From a virus: a DNA stretch of 64,000 nt. Position 1 is the first letter of the stretch. Each line of letters opens with the position of its first letter. The DNA lies in IMG/VR virus record IMGVR_UViG_3300031920_000193; one strand, 5' to 3'. A model generated the notes under the pieces. It was not told the origin of the DNA. It ran no database searches and saw only the letters and a program-made list of their open reading frames with translations. Position numbers and translations under genes: made by a program. Positions 9,744 to 19,991 of the stretch are shown piece after piece.

Positions 9744-10901
9744 ATGAAAAATGTTGTAACTACAGAAAGAATACCAATTAAATCATGGGTAAGTGATTTA
9801 GAGGAAGGTGCGTTAGAACAAACTAAAAACTTAGCAAATTTACCTTTTTCTTTTAAACACGTTGCACTTATGCCAGATGCACACTTAGGTTATGGTATGC
9901 CAATTGGTGGTGTTTTAGCTACACAAGGAGTCGTTATTCCTAATGCTGTTGATATTGGTTGTGGTATGTGTGTCATTAGAACTTCTTTAAATGATATTGA
10001 TGGAGATACGTTGAAAAAGATTATGGGTCTAATCAGAAAAAGAGTTCCAGTTGGATTCAAACATCATAGAACACCACAAGATGAAAGTTCAATGGCGACA
10101 ACAAAAAAGGATATGTATGTTGTGAATATTGAATATGAAGCAGCTTTATTACAATTAGGTACACTTGGTGGTGGTAATCATTTTATTGAAATACAAAAAG
10201 GTTCAGATGGTCGAATTTGGATTATGATTCATACAGGAAGTCGGAATATTGGATATACTGTAGCGAAATATTATAATGATATTGCAAAAAATATCAATGA
10301 AAAATGGTATTCTAAAGTTACTAAAGAAATGGAACTAGCATTTTTACCTCTTGAAACTCAAGAGGCAAAATATTATATGAATGAGATGCAATATTGTGTG
10401 GATTTTGCTTTTGCAAACCGTAGGGTAATGATGGAAAAGATTAAAAATGTTTTCTATGAAATATTGGATAGTGAACTTGCGTTTGGTAATTTGATAAATA
10501 TTGCACATAATTATGCTGCGATGGAACACCATTTCGGTCATAACGTTTTGGTCCATAGAAAAGGTGCGACTTCTGCTCGTGAAGGTGAAATAGGTATCAT
10601 TCCCGGTTCACAAGGAACTAAATCATATATAGTAAAGGGTCTCGGCAATGCTGAGAGTTTTAATTCTTGTTCTCATGGTGCTGGTAGAAAAATGGGTAGA
10701 AAACAAGCAATTAGAGAATTAAATCTGGAAGATGAGATTAAGAAATTAAACGATTTGGGTGTTATACATGGTATCCGTAATGAAAAAGATTTAGATGAAG
10801 CTGCTGGTGCATATAAAGATATTGATATTGTGATGGAGAACCAAAAGGACCTTGTGGAGATCGTTGTTGAACTTACGCCAATGGCAGTAATTAAAGGATA
10901 A
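9744..10901 (+). CDS. rtcB: RtcB-family RNA ligase
   Basis: PDAHLGYGMPIGG, DIGCG, GTLGGGNHFIE, HTGSR, HRKGAT, SCSHGAGR, DEAAGAYK. Confidence 0.97.
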   Translation: MKNVVTTERIPIKSWVSDLEEGALEQTKNLANLPFSFKHVALMPDAHLGYGMPIGGVLATQGVVIPNAVDIGCGMCVIRTSLNDIDGDTLKKIMGLIRKRVPVGFKHHRTPQDESSMATTKKDMYVVNIEYEAALLQLGTLGGGNHFIEIQKGSDGRIWIMIHTGSRNIGYTVAKYYNDIAKNINEKWYSKVTKEMELAFLPLETQEAKYYMNEMQYCVDFAFANRRVMMEKIKNVFYEILDSELAFGNLINIAHNYAAMEHHFGHNVLVHRKGATSAREGEIGIIPGSQGTKSYIVKGLGNAESFNSCSHGAGRKMGRKQAIRELNLEDEIKKLNDLGVIHGIRNEKDLDEAAGAYKDIDIVMENQKDLVEIVVELTPMAVIKG

Positions 10902-11018
10902 TTTTATGATCATTGATCCCCATAATATTGATAAATTTGAACCAGAGATTGAATTAAAGGTTCAGACTGAATGTGAAAAGGAATTTGATATATAAAAAAT
11001 TATTGTTAACTTACGCAA

Positions 11019-11420
11019 ATGAAAAAAATAGTCTCATTTGATTATGATGATACACTAACAAAAGATGATGTTGCTGCCTATGCACGTGAACTCATTGATA
11101 AAGGTGTGGAAGTGTGGGTAACAACCTATAGATATTCTCCGGAATATTATTTTGCAAGAGGTGAGGTAAATTCAGAGAATAATGGTTTATTTGATGATAC
11201 TGAAGAACTTGGAATTCCATCGAATAGAATAATATTTACTGATCGTAGATCAAAATCATTACATTTACCAAATAATTGTATCTGGCATTTAGATGATTTT
11301 GAAGATGCTATTAAATGTATTGACACTGATGATACTAATAATAGTGTTGGTGTTTGGTTAACTGAAGATAATGATTGGAAACAAAAATGTGAGGAATTAT
11401 TATGGATGAAAGAGAAATAA
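11019..11420 (+). CDS. HAD-superfamily phosphatase-like protein
   Basis: N-terminal VSFDYDDTL (DxD) motif, WVTT motif II, HLDD motif IV. Confidence 0.8.
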   Translation: MKKIVSFDYDDTLTKDDVAAYARELIDKGVEVWVTTYRYSPEYYFARGEVNSENNGLFDDTEELGIPSNRIIFTDRRSKSLHLPNNCIWHLDDFEDAIKCIDTDDTNNSVGVWLTEDNDWKQKCEELLWMKEK

Positions 11421-11774
11421 TAGGCAAAATAATTGAATTTGGTGCTGCTAATAATTATGAAATAATTTTTGAAAACACTGATGACGATGCTACTGTCGAT
11501 TTTATTAATATAAACTTAAAAAGTAATAAAATATATATTGGTGAGTTGAATGTCGATGAGGACTTAACTGATGTTGGATAATTTTTAATTAAAATAAAAT
11601 ATATATGATAAAAGAAAATTGGGTGAAGGAAGATAACCACCAAACACATCATGAAAAAGCTGAAAAACGTTTAGAAGAAATTAAAGAACAAAGAAAAGAT
11701 AAAAAATATAAAATGGTGAAGATAAAGGATAATCCACCAACATATACTGAAATAGAAATTAAAGATTAAACATT

Positions 11775-12083
11775 ATGAATATTATGAAATTAAATATCAA
11801 CGGGACTAAATATAGTGTTCAAATATCGACATCATTGATATTGATTATTTTTGCTGTTTGGTTTGCAAATAATAGAATCACAATAAATAAACCAATTACT
11901 GACACTGTTTATGAAATCGTCAAAGAAAAGAAAAAATTTAATAGCACTCAAAAATATAAATGTAAAACAATTACCCCAAATCGTAAATATTACAGGGTAA
12001 TTAGGTTTATAGAATCAACAGATGTTTATAATGTCGGTGATCAAATAATGTTTTCTACTAATATAACAATTGAAGATAAATAA
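11775..12083 (+). CDS. hypothetical protein with TM helix
   Basis: SLILIIFAVWF. Confidence 0.6.
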   Translation: MNIMKLNINGTKYSVQISTSLILIIFAVWFANNRITINKPITDTVYEIVKEKKKFNSTQKYKCKTITPNRKYYRVIRFIESTDVYNVGDQIMFSTNITIEDK

Positions 12084-12106
12084 TAATTCATCAACACACA
12101 CTGAAG

Positions 12107-12409
12107 TTGAAATTAATGACTGAAAATAATAAAATACCAAGTATAGGTGAACTTTTATCACCAACCCTTGAAAATATTGAAAAAACTTTACTGGAATATA
12201 ATGGTTTAAAACCAAATTATCCAGAAAAAACAATAAGATCAATATGTGTAATATTTTCATCTATGATTATGGATAAAATGTATGATCTACAAGAATATGA
12301 AAACATGGACCATGAAGATCGAATAAACATGACAAAAAAAACAGGGGAAGAGATAAGAGCAATCGTAAAAAGATATACAAATATAGATACATTTGATTTA
12401 TTTAAATAA
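12107..12409 (+). CDS. hypothetical protein
   Basis: ORF in + block. Confidence 0.7.
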   Translation: MKLMTENNKIPSIGELLSPTLENIEKTLLEYNGLKPNYPEKTIRSICVIFSSMIMDKMYDLQEYENMDHEDRINMTKKTGEEIRAIVKRYTNIDTFDLFK

Positions 12410-12470
12410 AATATTATGATCATTGGAAAAAAATGATCCTGAAATGCTTAAAATGTAATGAAAGGAAATT

Positions 12471-13118
12471 ATGGAAAAGACAAAAAATAAAACAACATTA
12501 TTTCAATATAATGGTACGATAAACACATACAGTGGTAAGATATTTAGTTTTATTGATCCCACTCCGGACATGATTGATATTAAGGATATTGCTCGTGGAT
12601 TGGCATTTAGAGGTCATTTTGGGGGTCAAACACCTAAGTACTTTTCAATTGCCCAACATTCAATGTTAGTTATGAAAATAGCTTCAGAAGGTGAGGGTGG
12701 TGACTGGTTAAAATTATTGGCTGCCTTGCTTCATGATGGGTCTGAAGCATATTCAGGTGATATGCTTAAACCATTGAAAATGTTATTACCTGAGTTTACA
12801 GTAATTGAAGATAAAATAACTGCAGCTATTTTTATGAAATATAATATCCCTCTTTCATATATGGAAGATATTAAACCCTACGATATAATTGCTCAACGAA
12901 TTGAATATGATAATTTCTTTGATGATAGAAATGATCTTGGATATTTATCCCCGGAAGAAAGTGAAAAATCATTTATGAAGACTTTTAATTCTTTAATTAA
13001 AAAAATATCGTGGGAACTTTATTGTAAAGAAACTGCTGGAAGTATGGATGTTAGGGATCGTTGGGGTGAATTATCACCAGAGGTTAAAGAATTATATTTA
13101 TCTAAAACAATAAACTAA
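12471..13118 (+). CDS. HD-domain phosphohydrolase (YfbR/5'-deoxynucleotidase-like)
   Basis: GHFGGQT...SIAQHS...ALLHDGSEAYSGD. Confidence 0.88.
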   Translation: MEKTKNKTTLFQYNGTINTYSGKIFSFIDPTPDMIDIKDIARGLAFRGHFGGQTPKYFSIAQHSMLVMKIASEGEGGDWLKLLAALLHDGSEAYSGDMLKPLKMLLPEFTVIEDKITAAIFMKYNIPLSYMEDIKPYDIIAQRIEYDNFFDDRNDLGYLSPEESEKSFMKTFNSLIKKISWELYCKETAGSMDVRDRWGELSPEVKELYLSKTIN

Positions 13119-13393
13119 TGGGAAAAAGAACATTAAAAAAAAGAATATTAAAAATAGTGTTTACTACAGTACCAAATTGTTATGTTGTTCAATATAGAAT
13201 TTTTTATATATGGATGACATATAAGAAGAATAAAACTGGTGCGTTCTCTCCAATTTTTGGTAAAATGTTTAATAGTAAGAAGAAAGCAAAGAAATTCTTA
13301 AATAAAATGGAAAGAAATTCTTTAAGAATAAAAGAATATGTGCATAGTTATACTAATGTTGAATATGTTTCATATAAAAATAATGATAATTAA
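13118..13393 (+). CDS. hypothetical basic protein
   Basis: stop/start overlap. Confidence 0.6.
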   Translation: MGKRTLKKRILKIVFTTVPNCYVVQYRIFYIWMTYKKNKTGAFSPIFGKMFNSKKKAKKFLNKMERNSLRIKEYVHSYTNVEYVSYKNNDN

Positions 13394-13404
13394 AGTCATA
13401 CTTA

Positions 13405-13860
13405 ATGAAAAAAAACGAAACAATAAACAGTAGATTATATGATATATCAAATAATCATGAGGTGGGTAAGGGTGCTATAAGTGATTTACCTAAAGATGTT
13501 TTAAAATTATTATTAAAATATAGTTCATTTACAGACATTCAGAACATATCTGTTGATAGTTTACAGAATTTAGTAAAAATATTGGTAGATATGATTAAAA
13601 ATTCTGGATTTTATCTATCTAACATTAGAAAAGATGATAAACATTGGGTTGAAATCATCTACAACAATGAAGAAGAACCGGGAACTGAACGTGTAGAGAT
13701 TTTAGAAAATGGTAGACTTATAGCTAAAATATATCCAAATATGAATGGTGAAGATAATTCACACTATTGGGATATTGAGGGTAATAATAAAGTTTTAAAT
13801 GAGTTACCAAAAAGAGAAATAAGATTATATACAAGTAAACCAACTAAAAATGTTAATTAA
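13405..13860 (+). CDS. hypothetical protein
   Basis: ORF in + block. Confidence 0.7.
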   Translation: MKKNETINSRLYDISNNHEVGKGAISDLPKDVLKLLLKYSSFTDIQNISVDSLQNLVKILVDMIKNSGFYLSNIRKDDKHWVEIIYNNEEEPGTERVEILENGRLIAKIYPNMNGEDNSHYWDIEGNNKVLNELPKREIRLYTSKPTKNVN

Positions 13861-14131
13861 TGTTATCCACAGTGAAAAAGAATTTAGAAGTGCTATAAAA
13901 AAAGAATTATATGATTTAAAGAAAAATATTGAATTCGATGAAGAATTACCTATTAATAAATTAAATGATTTTATTGATGGTATTTTTATTAATAATAAAT
14001 TATATTATCCTATGTTTATTATTATGGGGGTTGGTATTCTTTTTTTAGATGGTGAAATTGATTTTGACTATGAACATAAAATATTAAACACCGATGAATT
14101 ATCGAATTACTTAATCGAATTAAATAGATAA
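13850..14131 (+). CDS. hypothetical protein
   Basis: ORF in + block. Confidence 0.65.
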   Translation: MLINVIHSEKEFRSAIKKELYDLKKNIEFDEELPINKLNDFIDGIFINNKLYYPMFIIMGVGILFLDGEIDFDYEHKILNTDELSNYLIELNR

Positions 14132-14133
14132 CT

Positions 14134-14388
14134 ATGGTATCAAAAGAATTAATGTTGGAATTTATCCAACTAAATACATTTAATAAACCACCACCACAAA
14201 AACATCCAGTTGAAGTTATTGATATAACATTAAAAGATTGTGATGATGAAGATGGTGCAATAGGTGAGCATTATATTGTTGAATGTAGATGTAGTAGACT
14301 CGATTCAGATAAACCACAAACCTGTTTAGTACATAAACTGACATATAATAGACATATAGATCAACTAAACTCAGTCAAATGGATTTAA
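14134..14388 (+). CDS. hypothetical protein
   Basis: ORF in + block. Confidence 0.65.
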   Translation: MVSKELMLEFIQLNTFNKPPPQKHPVEVIDITLKDCDDEDGAIGEHYIVECRCSRLDSDKPQTCLVHKLTYNRHIDQLNSVKWI

Positions 14389-14627
14389 AACAAATACTTA
14401 AACAGATACAAATAGATGTGATTAAAAACACTGTATTTATTACTTCCAGATATTTTAATTTCAACTATACACCTATTGATAAGGAGAAAGTAAAAGAAAA
14501 ATATCAAAAATCTTATAGATATTTGGGTGGTTTTCAATCTGAATATGATGTTGATTCTAAAGAATATAAACGTCTGGAAGATAAATTGATTGTAATTGCT
14601 GAAAAAGTGTTGGAGGGTATAGTATGA
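14379..14627 (+). CDS. hypothetical protein
   Basis: ORF in + block. Confidence 0.65.
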   Translation: MDLKQILKQIQIDVIKNTVFITSRYFNFNYTPIDKEKVKEKYQKSYRYLGGFQSEYDVDSKEYKRLEDKLIVIAEKVLEGIV

Positions 14628-15145
14628 TAGTAGTAAGATTAAAAGCAAATAACCATAATTGTTGGTTAACTGATGGTGAAGGTGATCCGGCAAGAACACT
14701 TGTGTTTTCTTCAGCGAAACAATTTGTTTCAGAGGAAGATGCTAAAGTAGCAATAATTCTTGCTAAAAAGACATCACCTTTGAAAGAACGTGAATATTAT
14801 ATCGAAGAATGTTGTTATCATCAAGCGTATTTATGTGTTATTACAAGAAAGTGGGATGAACCATATTATGATTTACTAACTTTAAATATAACAGAAAAAA
14901 ATAATCATGAAGTGTTTTTAAGTGTACCAAAAGAAGAAATTACTTTCTATGATGATAATACACTTCTCGTATGGTATATGCGGGGTTTTCATGATGAATT
15001 ATGGGGTAAAAAAACATCAACACCATTTGATGATTTAATTAAAAAAGCATATCAATTAGGAAAAGATGATGCTATAATTGGTGATGATGTTAGGTCCTCT
15101 GATTATAAAACAAATGAAGTAATATTAACCCAAATAAAGAAATAA
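14624..15145 (+). CDS. hypothetical protein
   Basis: ATGA overlap. Confidence 0.7.
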   Translation: MIVVRLKANNHNCWLTDGEGDPARTLVFSSAKQFVSEEDAKVAIILAKKTSPLKEREYYIEECCYHQAYLCVITRKWDEPYYDLLTLNITEKNNHEVFLSVPKEEITFYDDNTLLVWYMRGFHDELWGKKTSTPFDDLIKKAYQLGKDDAIIGDDVRSSDYKTNEVILTQIKK

Positions 15146-15357
15146 TGAACAAAGGTGAATTATTTAAATTATTGGAAAATATTCCAGATGATACTGAAAT
15201 CAAAGTATTGAATTGTTTGATCGAAGACGATGAAAGTTGTCCTACCTTCGAAATTTGTGGTGGTGGGATGGAAGAAAGTGAAAAGAAAGAAAAAATTTTC
15301 ATTTTAGAATTCATGGATAGTGATTACATCCGGGAAGATTGTTGTATGAAACCCTAG
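15145..15357 (+). CDS. hypothetical acidic protein
   Basis: stop/start overlap. Confidence 0.65.
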   Translation: MNKGELFKLLENIPDDTEIKVLNCLIEDDESCPTFEICGGGMEESEKKEKIFILEFMDSDYIREDCCMKP

Positions 15358-15391
15358 TAAATTAATAAATAATAATTATATTTGTAAAATT

Positions 15392-15799
15392 ATGACACCA
15401 TTAGATGCATATAATATTGCTTTAAATAAAGTAAAAGAATTGGAAAACTCTGGTATTAAGGTGGTTATCAAACCTTCTAAATCAAGAAGTAATGAAGATA
15501 CTATTAAAAAATACGATAGAGCAGACCGGGTTTCTCCAGATAAATGGATATATGTTTCATTTAAAACCAATGATAAAATAGAAATATCGAAGATTTTCGA
15601 TGCTGCAACCTATTTGAGTATGTGTGGTATATCCTTTGATACTGGTGGATGTTGTGGTCAAAGAGATTGGGAATTAGATTGGTCTTTTTCGTATGAAGAA
15701 AAATCTGAGAAATGGGAATGGAATGAAGCAAGATCGGATGTTGAAGAAATGATAGATGATATGTGCAGTGATCAAAATTGTGATACTAAAGAAAATTAA
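15392..15799 (+). CDS. hypothetical protein
   Basis: ORF in + block. Confidence 0.7.
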   Translation: MTPLDAYNIALNKVKELENSGIKVVIKPSKSRSNEDTIKKYDRADRVSPDKWIYVSFKTNDKIEISKIFDAATYLSMCGISFDTGGCCGQRDWELDWSFSYEEKSEKWEWNEARSDVEEMIDDMCSDQNCDTKEN

Positions 15800-15957
15800 A
15801 TATGTTAATTTGTCAAATTTTTGGACATAAATGGGGGAAAGGTGAGTACAAACAACACTGTAAGAGAAAAAAATGTACAGCAAGTAGGTCATTAATGTAT
15901 CAACATTATCATACAATAAAGGAAAAACCATACTCTTGGTTGATCGATGATTAGTGA

Positions 15958-16194
15958 ATGAAAAAAGTAATAAAACATAATAAAATTAAAAAGGGGAAGA
16001 AGAAATTTAAATTAAGATTTCTTAAATGCTTCATTGGTATTCATAATTATGAATATAATGAATCTTCGGGATTTGATTTATTAGATAAGGACCAAAATAT
16101 TGTAGGTGAAACTGAATTACATCTATATATTTGTAAGACATGTAAAAAAGAAAAACTAATTGCAACACCAATAATATTAAATAAAAACAAGTAA
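15958..16194 (+). CDS. hypothetical protein, possible Zn ribbon
   Basis: CFIGIH...CKTC. Confidence 0.6.
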   Translation: MKKVIKHNKIKKGKKKFKLRFLKCFIGIHNYEYNESSGFDLLDKDQNIVGETELHLYICKTCKKEKLIATPIILNKNK

Positions 16195-16197
16195 ATT

Positions 16198-16572
16198 ATG
16201 AGAAAAGTAATGTACCTATTAACGCTAATCCTATTCATGTTTTCATGTAATAAGGGTGGTGAAGTTAAAATTGATGAGTTGAAAAACGAAGACGATCTAA
16301 TTTCACAATTAAAAATTTCAATTAATAATGAATATTATAATTGGAAAATTGATGATAACAATATCATTAATGTTGATAAGAATGTTAAGGTGAATTTTAC
16401 TGATTCAGCAATCACATTCATTGGTCTTGATGAATATAACTATCTAATTGAAGAAACTGTCTTGATGACGTATGTATCTACATCAAAACAAACACGTGAA
16501 TGCTTTGAAGACTTAGAAAAAATCCACAAAAAAGCAAGTATTACCAAAATTCACAAAAAATTAGAGGAATAA
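16198..16572 (+). CDS. putative lipoprotein
   Basis: MRKVMYLLTLILFMFSC lipobox-like signal. Confidence 0.75.
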   Translation: MRKVMYLLTLILFMFSCNKGGEVKIDELKNEDDLISQLKISINNEYYNWKIDDNNIINVDKNVKVNFTDSAITFIGLDEYNYLIEETVLMTYVSTSKQTRECFEDLEKIHKKASITKIHKKLEE

Positions 16573-17291
16573 TGGTCCATGACGTAGTTGAAATATCGAC
16601 ATCTGTATGTATGTGCAGTTTGGTAGGTATATGTGGTGAACCACCTGTTTCTTATGGTAATTATTGTTCTGTTAATGAAGGATATCTTCTTAATATGTGG
16701 GCAGAAAACCTTGAGGACCTAACATCTAAAGGTATTATAGATGACAAGATGAAAGCTATTAAATTCGGTAATGGTAATTATGTGGTGGTCGATGAAAGAA
16801 TCCCGGAAGAATATCTAAATAAGAAACCTTGTTTCACCTCATGTAAAGGGGGGTTTGAAGATGGTGATAAGCGAATAATACATCATCTTTGTGATAATTC
16901 TGTTGATTTAAATGAATGTCTCTGTGATCAAGGTATATATTCTTGGAATAAAGCGTATTTTGGTAAAGGTCTTAAGGGTGGATTTTGTTATGAATGTAGT
17001 GCTAATATTACCGAAATAAAATTTCATAACAGGAATAAAAAAGTGATTGTAGATAAATTAAATGAACTACAATTAGACTACAAACAACTACCGGGTAAGG
17101 TTTTATTTATCAAAAGTGATGTTTATGGGGTATTATGTGATTTATTACCTGATCCTAAACCGAAAATAATTAAAGTACCATATATAATTAAACAAAGCGA
17201 ACCTATTGTTTGTGGTATTGATTCGAAATATGTAAATAAACCTATTGATGGTAGTAATTATGTAACTGGTATAATTAAAGGGAAGAAGTAA
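16572..17291 (+). CDS. hypothetical Cys-rich protein
   Basis: 239-aa ORF, many Cys. Confidence 0.7.
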   Translation: MVHDVVEISTSVCMCSLVGICGEPPVSYGNYCSVNEGYLLNMWAENLEDLTSKGIIDDKMKAIKFGNGNYVVVDERIPEEYLNKKPCFTSCKGGFEDGDKRIIHHLCDNSVDLNECLCDQGIYSWNKAYFGKGLKGGFCYECSANITEIKFHNRNKKVIVDKLNELQLDYKQLPGKVLFIKSDVYGVLCDLLPDPKPKIIKVPYIIKQSEPIVCGIDSKYVNKPIDGSNYVTGIIKGKK

Positions 17292-17484
17292 TCAGGAGGT
17301 CCAAATGACAAATATTAATGATGAATTAGGTGATATGTTAAAAAATGGTGTTGGTGATAGAACCAATGATCAAATTACCATATTAAAAGCATTTGCAATA
17401 GTCGCATCTGATATTTCTATGGATAATGTGTTCATGGTTACTAATGAAATGGAAGATGCTTATAACAACTTAAAATAACTTAAT

Positions 17485-17745
17485 ATGATATTCATAGGAT
17501 ATAATCCAGAAGGTTATCCAGTTTCAATAGTAAACGCAAAAACAAAAGAATTAGCATATGCTTATTGGCAAGGTGCTAATATGTTACCACACTCACATAA
17601 ATGTCTGGAAGATGATTTCTCTTCTCTGGATGATCACCCTACTGGTGTATTTCCAATACTAAAAACTAAGGAGTTTACTGATTATGATCTAAGTCATAAT
17701 TGTCGAAACCCCCAAGGTAGAAAATATTTAATGGTAGAGAAGTAA
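17485..17745 (+). CDS. hypothetical protein
   Basis: ORF in + block. Confidence 0.7.
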   Translation: MIFIGYNPEGYPVSIVNAKTKELAYAYWQGANMLPHSHKCLEDDFSSLDDHPTGVFPILKTKEFTDYDLSHNCRNPQGRKYLMVEK

Positions 17746-17777
17746 TTAACATATATATAAACTTTAAATTTAAAAAC

Positions 17778-18536
17778 ATGGAAGAAACAGATACATTAAT
17801 TGACCAACAAGTTGATGTTGCTACTGATACTAAAATTTATAAAACTACTGATTATTCTAAATTCAGTTTTTTAGATGGTAACAGGAATATTAATCCAAGT
17901 CATATAAATAGATTAAAAGAAAGTATGGAAAATAACTATTTATATACTATAATTTTAGTAAATGAAAAGTATGAAATTATTGACGGTCAACATAGATTTA
18001 CTGTGATAGAAGAGTTGGGATTACTACTTAACTATATTATAGTTAAAAATTATGGTTTGAAAGAAGTTCAGGTTCTAAATATTAACACCAAAAATTGGAG
18101 TCAATCTGATTATGCTGATGGTTATGCTAATTTAGGTAATTTAAATTATCAAACTTATCTTGAATTTAAAGATAAATATAATTTCAATCATGAGGTAACT
18201 CTTTGTCTTTTAAATAATACATCTGCTTGTGGTAAAGATTTACGCATTTCATTTAAGAGTGGTAGTTTTATAGTGAGAAATATAGTACAAGCATCTGACA
18301 TTGCTGATAAAATAACACAAATTGGTGAGTTTTATGATGGAAATAAAAGAAGAACATTTGTTTTTGCTATGATTCAAGTATTAAAAAACCCTGAATTTGT
18401 TTTTGATGAATTCACAGCTAAATTAAAAAGGTTAAGTAATAGAATGGTTGATTGTGTTAGTACCGTTGAATATAAAAATCTCATTGAAGAGATATACAAT
18501 TACCATAGAAAAAATAAAATAAACTTAAGATTCTAA
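17778..18536 (+). CDS. ParB-like N-terminal domain protein (DGQHR motif)
   Basis: GNRNINPSHINRLKESM...IILVNEKYEIIDGQHR. Confidence 0.85.
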   Translation: MEETDTLIDQQVDVATDTKIYKTTDYSKFSFLDGNRNINPSHINRLKESMENNYLYTIILVNEKYEIIDGQHRFTVIEELGLLLNYIIVKNYGLKEVQVLNINTKNWSQSDYADGYANLGNLNYQTYLEFKDKYNFNHEVTLCLLNNTSACGKDLRISFKSGSFIVRNIVQASDIADKITQIGEFYDGNKRRTFVFAMIQVLKNPEFVFDEFTAKLKRLSNRMVDCVSTVEYKNLIEEIYNYHRKNKINLRF

Positions 18537-18565
18537 CTTTTTCGTATTTCAGGTGCGATTAATAT

Positions 18566-18610
18566 GTGGGATAAGTTCAATGGAGAGAAAGAACTTATCC
18601 CACTTTATTT
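18566..18610 (+). terminator. intrinsic terminator
   Basis: 13-bp IR gtgggataagttc/gaacttatcccac plus T-rich tail. Confidence 0.85.
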
Positions 18611-18734
18611 TTGGATAATATGTTAGCTTTTTTAAATAAAAAACCATACTTTTGGATAATATATTATCTATTACTCCAGACAATTTAGTATTTATTATTG
18701 GTGGAACATAAATAACTTTATTAATATAACGCTT

Positions 18735-19076
18735 ATGATCTCAGATGACACATTAAACGAAGCACCAGTACCTGCATTCGATTTACGTAATGATTTTATT
18801 ACAATTGAAAACACACCTGTAGTTTGGTGGTTAAAAACAGACGATGATGGAAGTGCTTATCATCTTGAATGGCACGGTAATGGATTTATAGTTAGTGTTG
18901 GTGAAAGTTATTTCTGTAAAGATAGTGAAATAAGACATCGATCAGATATAAAATCAGTTCAACATTCAAATATAGGTGCAGCAGAGAAATGGGAGCATGT
19001 TTTTAACACAAAAGAGGAAGCATTGAATTTATTCAGTGATTGGATGAAAAAGACATACTTAAATAAAGATAAATAA
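18735..19076 (+). CDS. hypothetical protein
   Basis: last ORF of + block. Confidence 0.7.
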   Translation: MISDDTLNEAPVPAFDLRNDFITIENTPVVWWLKTDDDGSAYHLEWHGNGFIVSVGESYFCKDSEIRHRSDIKSVQHSNIGAAEKWEHVFNTKEEALNLFSDWMKKTYLNKDK

Positions 19077-19087
19077 CGATCTAAAAT

Positions 19088-19456
19088 TTACTTTATATAT
19101 TCTTCCAGATCATCTAATAATCTATAGGTTCTATTCTTAATTAAATTATATGGTCTATGTATTAGATGGTATTCATCGTTACATAATTTCTTCGCAAGTT
19201 CCGGGGAATGTTTATATTGTTTAAAATATATATCTTCTATCTCAGTTTGTATGTTCATTGCTGGCATTGATAATTGCCCAACATATTCCAATATTTGCAT
19301 TGTTTTTTCGTAAAATGCAACATATTTCTTTTTTTCAATTATATTATTTTCTTGTTCCTTACTAAACTTAGCTCTAATTTCTTCTATTTTATTGTTAATC
19401 TTATTCAATTCGGAACTGTGATCCGGTATATCAATCTCAATATCTAAAACCTTCAT
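19088..19456 (-). CDS. hypothetical protein
   Basis: ORF in - block. Confidence 0.7.
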   Translation of the reverse strand: MKVLDIEIDIPDHSSELNKINNKIEEIRAKFSKEQENNIIEKKKYVAFYEKTMQILEYVGQLSMPAMNIQTEIEDIYFKQYKHSPELAKKLCNDEYHLIHRPYNLIKNRTYRLLDDLEEYIK

Positions 19457-19479
19457 AGGTGGTTTGTGATTATATAATG

Positions 19480-19944
19480 TTATTTTTTCTGAAGAGATGT
19501 ATCTTCATCAGGATACAATGGTGCATTATCGTCAGACCAGCTTTGATGTGTTTTAACTAAATAGTTACTGACTTTTTTTGACCATTGTTCTGCCTTTAAA
19601 AACTCTTCTTTGGTACAACATGTGTTAGGTTCAAGAATTCCATTTAGAAATTCCATCTCTAAATAGATTTTAAATCTTTGATATAATGAAGTGTTTTTAA
19701 AAATATCTTGGATCAGAGAATCAGTTCTCTTTTCCTCTTTCATTGTGAGATTATTCCAGTTTTCTTCTATTTCATTGAGTTTTTCATTGAGTTCTTCATT
19801 CTTTTTTTCAAGTTTCTTTACACGGATTTCTAAAAGTGTTTTTATTTGCGTATGTAAATGATCTTCACTAAAAGAAACATTATCATTTTTGTCTGGTTTA
19901 TATAATTTAGAAAAATCATCATTAGGTTTATTATTTTCGTTCAT
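19480..19944 (-). CDS. hypothetical protein
   Basis: ORF in - block. Confidence 0.7.
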   Translation of the reverse strand: MNENNKPNDDFSKLYKPDKNDNVSFSEDHLHTQIKTLLEIRVKKLEKKNEELNEKLNEIEENWNNLTMKEEKRTDSLIQDIFKNTSLYQRFKIYLEMEFLNGILEPNTCCTKEEFLKAEQWSKKVSNYLVKTHQSWSDDNAPLYPDEDTSLQKK

Positions 19945-19991
19945 CCATTATGTAAATTAATGTATTGTTATTATACAAATATAACGATAAA

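Noticed and set aside
321-13118. Z-genome (PurZ/MazZ/DatZ) cluster
   Set aside because: The MazG-like and HD genes are 12 kb apart and there is no PurZ/PurA homolog in the window.
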